Below, in pieces: positions 52,042 through 62,388 of a stretch of 64,000 nucleotides of DNA. The position numbers and the translations under genes are program-made. The notes beneath the pieces were generated by a model. That model did no database searches and was not told the DNA's origin. It saw nothing but the letters and a program-made list of their open reading frames with translations. Every line of letters starts with the position of its first letter. Position 1 is the first letter of the stretch. Source of the stretch: Geosiphon pyriformis uo1 (Eukaryota; Fungi; Glomeromycota); assembly GCA_016748015.1 (NCBI GenBank), contig JAAOMT010000034.1:124001-188000 (forward strand), written 5' to 3'.

Positions 52042-55000
52042 GTGGCGACAAAAACCCCTAATCTTACTGTTCTTGAATTCTGCCGTGCTATTTACACACA
52101 AAATCAAAGTGATCTTGGATTACCAGAAGAGTGTTGTCCAGCAGAATCTGCCCTCACTTATTATATCAATGCCAGAATAAATTATCATATAGGAAAGAAA
52201 GAAGAACCACACAACGTAAAACTTGGATTGTATAGAGAATTATCACAATACACTACAAAAAAAGTAGCAGTAATAGCCACAACTATTGTCAAAATCCATC
52301 GAGAAATTGAGCAATACGCCAACGAAAATTTTCCAATATCCACAGGAAACACTAGGGAATGCACCAACAAAACCAAAGAAAATTTAGAAACTAATCAGGA
52401 AAGTAACCAGCAAAAACTAGGAACACCAGCTCAAACGCCAAAGAAAACTGTCACTCAATCAATAAAAAAACAACATATTTATTCACCAGAAGATAAATCA
52501 TACCATTTTTCACCAGAAAATAAGATACAAATTCCATTAGGAGCTGCATCATCATCAACATCAACTCCACAAATGCCAAGAACTCTTAGTTATATTGATA
52601 AAATTAAACAATGTAACTGGAGAGACATACCAATTACAGGAGGATATTCATCACTATTCCAAAACCCTTTTTTTTAGCCAAAATTTAGAATGGGGTTTGA
52701 AAACTGTGAAGAGGAGTCTGAATCGGAATTCGAAAAAGAGACCAGCGAAAAAACAATCACAAGACCAGTCACTGGAACAAGCAGCCAGTCCAAAAACCAA
52801 GAAACTTGTGATCAAGAGGAAAAACCAGATATAAGAGAAGCCACCTTTAGGAACGCTCAAGGAAATATCATCCCACCTCCTCTTAGACCAATAAACCCAC
52901 CAGCAGAAAACAGCAATGAAATGACCACACCATATATTGCAAGACTAACAGATTTCTCAGGAGAGGAAGAAAAAACAGATGTGTACACATGGCTCAAAGA
53001 AGCACAAAAAGCCATCAAAGAGCAATTCAAACATTACCCTTCTTCCTAAAAGGCACAGCCGACTTGTGATATCAAAGCCTAGAAACAAAACCCACGAGCT
53101 TTGCCAAATTTAAAAATGCACTCCTGGAGTATTTTAGCGACCCAAACACCATAATCCAACTACAGAACGAATTCAATACTATCAAGCAAAATACCAGTGA
53201 AACTGTCACCCAATACCTTGCTTGATTTAATCGAATTCGCCATCAGATTGAAGTGATTGAACAAAGATACTACACTGATCCTCAGGTTTTAAATCAGTTT
53301 ATTAGAGGATTAAAAAGCAGCATTTTAGGAAGAGTATGCCCTGCCCACCCTAATTCCTTACCAGAAGCCGTTACGCTTGCTAGAGCCCTTGAATCGGCTG
53401 AGAAAGAAGCTAACCATAGTTAAATGGTTAACATGGTAATGGAGGAAAATAAGACAGAAACATTAGAGAAAAGAGTAACGCGATTAGGGGAGGAACTCTC
53501 TAAGAAAATAGAAAGTTATCTCATCCCGGATCCGAGAAAAAATACATACCAACCACCCCAAAAATGCAGCCAGGAAGTCAGTAACAGTCGAAATAATTGC
53601 TCATCACACCAGGAATTCAGAACAGAAACACACGCCTGCCATTTTTGCAAATGCGTAGGACATTTGATTAGTCAATGTCAAACGCAAATGATACAGGAAA
53701 CACGCAAAAATAATTACTACGCGCCACCCCAAATGCCCAGAAACCAGTACACGCCAATACCACGCCAATATCCCACCACGTATCAAAATCAAGGAGCTTA
53801 CCAGCAACAACCCATGATAGCCAACCCGAATTGGTGTTCCGAGGCCTGAAATCAGCCCATGTAGAACCAGAACACGTTGGTCCAGAGGAATTCAAACTGT
53901 GCCAGAACCAATCAGCAAACCAATCCAAACTACCAAAATTATCAACAAACTTATCTTAATATACCGGAAAACCTGATCATTGGAAACAATAATGGTAGAA
54001 ACATAAACAGAACCAAAAATTCCTCCAAATTGAACCAGACAATACCACCAGCAGTTGCCACCGAAGATAGCAGTCTTGCAGCTATTTTTCCTTTTGAATT
54101 AGAGAAAAACAAGGTTATGTTCAGTGGAGCAGCATTGAACGAAAAATGCCCAATCACTGCTATGTATATGGAAGCCACTGTAAACAATACCCCAATCAAA
54201 CTTATCTTAAACAGTGGATCCGCTGGAAGCATCATAACGCTTCAACTAGTAAACCAACTGGGTTTCAAAGTTGATCGTGCCACAACATACCAAATCATAA
54301 CAGCTGATAGAAGTACAAAGCTGCCTCATGGCGAAATCGACTTATTTTCTTTTGAAATTAACAGCATAGTAATACCTACAAAAGTATTAGTAATGGACGC
54401 TACACAATATCAAGCATTAGTAGAGAATGACTGGTTAACAAAAGCCAACGCCACCCTAGACTGAATCACCCAAGAGCTTCTGATCAATTATAATGGCCAC
54501 CAAACCAAAATTCCAGCCACCTGTGGCCACTTTCAAAAACCCAGCGCCAACCAAAGACCTACCTTCGAATTTGAGAAAAATCCAGCACTACCAGCCATCA
54601 AAACCTATCAGCTCTCTTGGGCTGATGACCAAAGAACAGGACTACCAGCCATACCAATATGGACCAGCGAAGAAAGATCCGAATGGAACCAGGTAAGTTT
54701 ACGAAGAAACCACCAGCGACGCAGACCAAAGCTAGAATGCTCAGTTTGCAAGAAGAAACTCTTGTCTATGACTGCGTGCAGCACACCAAACGAAGACCCA
54801 AGAAACCCCACCCACTACTATTGTAACTGTTGTAACAAAGAAAAATACGGTTACCCAGAAAGACATGGAAAATGGGACAAGGAATCGTGCCTCGCTTGTG
54901 GAGAACCATTACCAAGAGGGTGCGACTGAAATGACTTACCAGGCAGAGGAAGAATGTGTGACACAACTTGCCAATACACGATCCTCATCTGTGACTGGGT

Positions 55001-57721
55001 AAGAGGAGGAATACTGTTCAAAGCAGCATTCAACAGAGCATTAAAAAGACTACAGCACTACCCACACGACAAGGACGAGTTGTATAACACCACACAAGCC
55101 AAAGTAAGAGGAGGAACCGCCGAAGAAATATGACATTGGAAAGAGTCAGCCGAAGTAGCTAATGAAGTCGTCAGCTACAACATGTTCGACCCAGTAGACA
55201 AATTCCAGGACTACTACCAACAACTATGCCCCACTCGACAAGAGCAAGAACAATACCTCGCTCAAATCAACACTTACCTCTGCGAAAACTGTCTCATCCC
55301 GTGCCAAAATCAGTGCTGTAAAGAGTGTCAAGACGAAAGAGACTTAGAAAGAAAAATGGAAATTGAGAATCAGCAGTCTCAAAATCAATCAATAAATCAA
55401 CAAGACTCACCTGACGGTCCTGAGTCAGAAAAATTTGTAGCCTATACTGACCTAGAACAGGTGACCAACATCCGATACTTCGACAACAGGCACTTAGGAA
55501 TAATACCCGAAAGAGCCCATTCAACTGATGCTGGATTCGATCTACGTTATCCGGAAGACCAATCCACAACGTTACCACCCAAGAGCATCACCAAAATCGA
55601 CTTAAAAATAGCAGTTGAAATTCCGCCAGGAATAATGGTTCAAATGATATCGCAATCAAGCCTCGCGAAAAAAGGAATAAGCGTTCAAGGAGGAGTAATT
55701 GACTCCAGATACACTGGAAATTTGATGGTTTTGCTACAGAACAATTCAGAAAAGCCTTATACCATTGAATCTAAGGAAAAGATTGCACAAGCAATTTTCC
55801 TACCATTGGTAAAAATTGCGTGCCAGTGGAAAATCGTGAGGTATTGTCACAAACAATGAGAGGAACTTTTGGTTTCGGATCGATAAGAAAAGGAATTGAA
55901 GCAAATTTCGCTGAAACAATAGAGGAAAAAGGCGAAGTAATTAAAAATAAGCGGTCCATCACGCTTCTACCATATGAAAAATCAGAAATAAGAATAAAAA
56001 GGACAATTAAAGAAAAAGACTTAATATTTGAGCCCTACCCAGAAACTTGCCAACAGTTTCTCATAGGACTTACTAACCTTTTTATTCCAGCTGATAAAGC
56101 TCAATGGATAAAAATTCCTATCGCAAACACCACAGAAGAACCTGTCTACATTCTGAAAGATACCATCATTGGATACCTCGGAACAGAGCTAGAAAATGCG
56201 TCAACACCACAAGAAATTCTAAATTTCCCAGAAATTGCCCTCTACTGTGAACTCATTTCAATAAATTGGCAACAACTGGTAGAATGCTATCAATTTACGC
56301 CAGAAGAATTGGCCAAATTAAACATTGGAACAATGGATCCTGACCAACAGCGACAATTAAAAGCATTAATTTTAAAATACTCTGATATATTTTCAAGAAA
56401 TGGCAAATTTGGTAGAACCAACTTGGTTCAACACCAAATCCCCACTGGAGATGCCAGACCTGAAAAACAACATGCTTACCATGTCCCACCAATGGAGCAT
56501 AATTTTATCAGAGAAGAAGTCCAAAGCATGTTAGAAAAAGGAATAATACAACCATCAATGAGCCCATGGTCCTCACCAGTTGTTTTAATAAGGAAAAAGA
56601 ATGGAAAAATTAGATTTTGCGTCGACTATTGCAAACTAAACAGCAAAACAACCAAAGACTCATACCCAATACCATTAATTGACGAAATTTTCGACGTTTT
56701 TGAAGGAGCAAAATGGTTTTCTACACTGGACTTGACCAGTGGGTACTGGCAAGTGGAAATGAACCCAAAGAACAGGCATAAAACAGCATTCACAACACAA
56801 AATGGCAATTATGAGTTCAATGTAATGCCATTTGGATTAACAAATGCTCCCGCGATATTCCAAAGACTAATGGACGTAATTTACTCCGGAATCCTGTAGT
56901 AATCCGTTGTTGTCTACTTGGATGATACAAATGTTTTCTCGTCAAAATTCACGGATCATCTCCAACATTTACAACAAGTTTTTGAGAGATTGAGACACGC
57001 TGGACTTAAACTAAATCTAGAAAAATGTTTCTTTGGGAAAAATGAGCTAGCACTTTTAGGACACGTAGTTGGAAAAGATGGAATAAAACCAGATCCATCA
57101 AAAATAGACAAAGTGAAAAATTTTCCAGTACCTCGAAACGTTTCAGAAGTTAGAAGCTTTTTAGGACTCGCATCTTATTACTGCCACTTTGTAGAAAACT
57201 TTTCAAATATTGCCAAACCCCTTAATTATCTACTATCTAAAAATGTGAAGTTTGAATGGACTGAAACACAACAAAAAGCTTTTGAGTACCTTAGACAAAA
57301 GCTCATTGAATCACTAATAATGATCTATCCGAATTTCAACAAGAAATTCATTTTGGCTACAGATGCCTTTAGAACTGGACTTGGAACCATTCTGTCACAA
57401 AAAGATGATAATGGAAGAGAACGTGTAATCACTTATGCCAGCAGAAGTCTCAGTACAGCAGAACAAAACTACGCAGCACATGAACTTAAATGCTTAGCAG
57501 TAGTCTGGAGTTGTGTTCACTTTGACACATATTTACGGTACCAACTCTTTGAGATTACGACAGATCATAGAGGTCTGGTCTGGTTAAATAACAAAAAAGT
57601 GCTAAAAGAAAAATATGCCAGATGGTCACAAATGTTAGCACCATACAATTATATTATCAAATACAAAGAAGGTACCAAAAATGCTAATGCCGACTGTTTG
57701 TCAAGAATGAGACACACATAA
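52042..57721 (+). pseudogene. gag-PR-Cys-rich-dUTPase-RT-RNase H polyprotein of F
   Basis: Near-identical to C; two small frameshifting deletions (~53017, ~55817) and ~10 stops. Confidence 0.95.
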
Positions 57722-57750
57722 AAATCACCAACCCACCTGCCACAACAACA

Positions 57751-59130
57751 ATGAACAACCTCCTTTACAAAAACCTCAGCCAATACTTGGAAACACTACA
57801 AATAGACAAAGAAATGCCAGTAAAAGAGCTAAATAAGCTCCAAAAATTAGCAAAACACTATTTCATCCAAAATCACATACTTTATTACCGGAATTGACAA
57901 AATCCAGATAATTCATTAAGAGTTATAACCATAGATAAAAAAAAAACTATTTTATTTAACATGCACTCAGATATTCATTTAGGCCACTTTGGAAAAACAG
58001 CAACCATCCAACGTGCAACTAGCTGTTACTATTGGCCAAAAATGAGTTCAGACATAATCCAATACATAAGAAATTGTGACCCATGCCAACGAAGAGGAGG
58101 AGCAAAAACAACGGAATTATTAAGACCAATAAAAGTTGGACAGCCATTTAACAGAATCGGAATTGATTTAGTTGGACCCTTACTAATGACAACAAAAAAC
58201 AACCATTATATTGCAGTAGCCATGGACTATCTCACCAAATGGCCAAAAGCTAGAGCTATTAAAACAGCTGATGCTATTTCCGTAGCTCAATTCGTACATG
58301 AAGACTTAATTTGCCAACATGGATGTCCACAAGAATTGCTATCAGATCAAGGCACACACTTTGTAAACAGCACCTTAAAAGAACTTAGCCAAAAATTTGG
58401 AATCAAGCGACCACTGTTATCACCATACCACCCTCAAACAAATGGATTAGTTGAAAAATTTAATCACACATTATGCGAATCACTGGCGAAAATTAGTAAC
58501 GAACATGAAAAAGAATAGGATTTGTTCATACCAGCAGTACTACTAGCATATAGAACAGTAAAATAAGATACTACACAATTCACACCATTTAAACTAGTTT
58601 ATGAAAGAAAAGCCACATTACCCGTTGAACTTACTATCCCAACTTATCCAAGTAACACTATCACGGAAGCAACATTCCAGGAAACACTACTTAGAAGAAC
58701 ATACGAATTAATGGGAACTTTAGAAAACAAAAGAAGAAAAGCAGCACAAAATATTGAACAATCACAAAAACAACAAAAAGTGAGACATGATAACCAGTTA
58801 CCAGATAATATAATTAGCTACAAAATTGGAGATAAAGTATTGTTGCATCGTACAAAAATGGAAAAACAGTGGAGTGGAAAATTTGATCACAAGTGGGATG
58901 GACCATTTTATATTCACGAAATACTTGGAAATGGAGCATACAAGCTAAGACTAGATGATAAAATATTAAGAAAAGCAGCACATGGTAACCGGCTGAAATT
59001 CTATTACAGTAAACCAGTAATAACAACAAAAACACCCAGAATTGGAACACAATTACCTTTAATTCTACCAGAACAAATTCCACGAGATTTAGAACCAATA
59101 GTTTTAATTGAACATTATTCGAAAAGATAA
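57751..59130 (+). pseudogene. Stand-alone integrase ORF of F (460 codons, 3 internal stops)
   Basis: ATG at 57751 in frame with 57961 and 58711; MHSDIHLGH..CDPC, IGIDLVGP, SDQGTHF, QTNGLVE, WDGPFYI; no chromodomain. Confidence 0.95.
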
Positions 59131-59214
59131 TTAATCTTAGATCACAGCAAAAATGATTTAACAACCATAAAAACGCATGCAAAAGATTCCAAAATAACAG
59201 TCAAAATTAAAACA

Positions 59215-59883
59215 ATGATACTTATTCCAGAAAACATCAACAATATAACTCAACAATTAGTTGAAAGCTTACAACAATTAAAATCCGATCTAGAAATCAC
59301 AGTTAATAGCTCCAAAATAACATACATAAAAAGAACAATAGAAAATCCAAAAACAAGAAAAGAACATAATTTCGAACCATATAATATTGCCAAATATAAC
59401 AACAAATTTATTAGCAAAGTTATTGAAAAATTAGAGATAGCATTGGGCAATACATTAATAATGGAAAAAATAGAAATAAGTGAATTAAGACCAGACACAT
59501 TTAGCAACTTAAAAACAAAATTTCCAATTAATTACTGTTATTATCAACTAGGAAAGCACTTGAACATACAAACATTATACTCAAAAGACTCAACTAGAGT
59601 GTTTAACAAAACAACTATCCAACTATTAGAACCTTTCATTGGAAAAACCAATATTACATTCCATTCAAAAACAGTTTACAGAATTTTCAAAGCATTTGAA
59701 AACTGTCACAAATTATTGTTGGACCCAACCATGAACATAATAACAACTAACAGTATTGGACGACTTACCAACTCGCAATTTCAAGAATTACAACAACAAA
59801 TTAATAACACAGTATTGAATCACTATAGTAACTTAGAATTTAATGAAGAAATTAACTTCGATTTCGATGGAGCTCAATCTTGA
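59215..59883 (+). CDS. ORF3 of F, 222-aa protein of unknown function between integrase and PPT
   Basis: Intact ORF; divergent homolog at the same position in D. Confidence 0.85.
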   Translation: MILIPENINNITQQLVESLQQLKSDLEITVNSSKITYIKRTIENPKTRKEHNFEPYNIAKYNNKFISKVIEKLEIALGNTLIMEKIEISELRPDTFSNLKTKFPINYCYYQLGKHLNIQTLYSKDSTRVFNKTTIQLLEPFIGKTNITFHSKTVYRIFKAFENCHKLLLDPTMNIITTNSIGRLTNSQFQELQQQINNTVLNHYSNLEFNEEINFDFDGAQS

Positions 59884-59896
59884 AAGAAGGGGATAA

Positions 59897-60753
59897 TGTT
59901 ATGGTTTAAGAATTTAGCAAAAAGAATCATAAAAATAATACAAACTATTCAATCATAATATAGCACAGTAATAATCTTAGAAAAGTAATGATTAACATAG
60001 TAGCAAACACCATCTCACGATAGTGGCAAGCACCAGTTCACAATAGCAGCCAATACTAACTGGTAATAGCAGCAAACACCAGGTTGAAATATCAAAAAGA
60101 AAGTATTTTCTCGTAGAACTACAAACATGTATATATACAGTAGTTTTAATATTGGAAAATAATCAATCAAGTAATAAAAATCATAATTTATCAAGCAACA
60201 GATCCAATTTTATCCAACAAACTCCACCTTAAATCATACTTTCAAATTAAATATCCCAAGAAACCTTTAAAAATCAAAAAGAAATATTTAAAACTGAACT
60301 ATCACAACCCAAAGTATTAAGAAACTTACTTGTATTATTTATTGAATGAAACTATCATTCATCAACTGAAACCCTTAGAAGAATAATCCTTGATCAAGAT
60401 TATTCACGTTGTTACTAATTGATAAAAGCTTTATTGTGAGAATTAGAAAAGCACTAAAGACCATTAACATTCTGTGTTTCTAGATTAGAGAAACACATCA
60501 GGCAATTGCAAGAATAGCCTTAAAGAAGACCCCAAACAGTGGGTAGATTTCAGTTCAGCCTCTGAGAAGGAGTACATAAACACACACAACAATCAAGAAT
60601 TAAAGAATAACTTACATCGCAATAGTAAAAAGAAAGCCTTCAGTGTAACAGTGACATTATCACACAAATAGAATTGAGGAACTCACAAAAGACTGATTGC
60701 AATTAAAGCGGGATATCAGCAATTAAATATAACAAAAAAACCATCCCGTAACA
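59897..60753 (+). repeat. 3' LTR of F
   Basis: Follows PPT; ends GTAACA followed by TSD. Confidence 0.97.
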
Positions 60754-62388
60754 GCACCAAAAGCAGATTAAGAACTAATTCATTACAATGCTTCCACAGC
60801 TTATTCAAAATATCTGTGAGACCAGCAGTTTTACTATTAGGCAAATTAGAAACCACCCTATATAATTCATCAAATCCATTAGAACACATCACACCAGAAA
60901 AAGCTCCATCAAAAACATACTCCAAAGATTGATATTAATGGCTCTAATTATCGGCAATATTATTGACCACCTGATATTTTTTAGTCCAATTTTCCATGAT
61001 TGTATCTACCTTAAATTTGACCAACTCAGGCTCTAAGACCAATTCATTGTCCACAACCAAATGATTCAACACTATTTTATGAAAGGGATGCTCTAGCATA
61101 CTCCTGATAGTATGACTCTTGTCCAATTCAAAATTTTTCATCCTCTTATAAATTGCCTATTTGATGTAAAACTCTTCAGCATGCTTCAATTATAACAATT
61201 TGGAAGAGCAATAAGATTTTCTTGTCTTAGCTAGCTTAGAATAAACAGCATCAAAACTAGAACCAGAAATAAAAAAAAATTTCACTTCTGCCGCACCACC
61301 ATTATCAAGTTTATCTCAAGTTTCTAACAATAAAGCAAAATCTTTACTAGAAGCCAAACATGAAGCCTTTACTAACTTAGACACCAACAACTCAAGTTTA
61401 TGAAACCTAAAAGACTCCTTGGTAAAAACATTATCAAAACCCTTGAACCATTTCTTTCTAAAAGTACCATTGGCTGAAAAAACTATTATCCTGCAAACAA
61501 CTGCTCACATTGCATCCAGATCTGAAAATACTATAGCTCTGGCAAACTCATTTGAAAACATTGTGGCATTAGCTGCCGTGGCATCCTTAAACTCATACCA
61601 TTTCACAACATTGGCATTTTTGACATCAAACTTCCAATGATCCTTATTAGCTTGCTTTTGAAGTGAAAACAACTACACATTCAACAAACCACCAAGACCC
61701 ATGGAGACATTAACAGCTTTGTGATCAGTATCAAAATAGTTCACTACATCAGCCACACTGCAGTTTACTATTGAATTGACCAAATTAGAAGAAATGAACA
61801 AGTAATCAATCACCCTGGTAACACCATAAGAATTGCGTCATGTTGGTATTTTTGCTACTGAGCTCTTACCCAAAGAGTTAATCAAGCCCAAATCAAGGCA
61901 TTTTTTGTAATTGACACATCTACAAGAACCATTTTTATTGAAGTTGCCATCAAGGATAATGAAAGAAGACTCTTTTACAGCTTTAGTGATAAGAAAATTG
62001 ATCTTATCAGCTTGGGAGAAATAAACTGCAGAAGAGGCACCAGCATAGAGCCCCAAAATTGAAATGGAAAATTTATTTTTAAAAAGCAACTTAATAGAGA
62101 AGAGCTGATCAGGTATCTCAGACACTTTATACACATGTCTTGCCAAAGAATTGTCCATGATCACAGTGACACCCGAATCCAAGTAACCAGAGTTCATACT
62201 TGAAGTAAACACACAGACACCACTAAATTTGTCAACAATCTATGAACAAACTTTCTCTCTCAACTTTGTTTTTGTGAAAATTGAAACCAGATTATTCATG
62301 TTCTTATGCCAATGCACAATATCTTTTTGTTTAACTAGATTGTTCATACCCTTAACATTGCACATGGCAATCTTCTAAACTAGACTGG

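Larger units (their letters stand above)
51093..60753 (+). mobile_element. Full-length Ty3/gypsy element F (9.66 kb) inserted in LINE I
   Basis: LTRs 51093-51959 and 59897-60753; perfect TSD GCAC; PBS; PPT 59882-59896. Confidence 0.98.

Noticed and set aside
57688-57751. Programmed -1 frameshift joining RNase H to integrase
   Set aside because: The frames overlap in F, but there is no slippery heptamer; the -1 frame has a TAA in D and the spacer phase differs in A
58814-59507. Antisense ORFs here and opposite gag/pol in C and F
   Set aside because: Shadow frames of A-rich coding strands; shared only between near-identical copies
59215-59883. env gene
   Set aside because: Too short; no signal peptide, furin site or transmembrane helix visible
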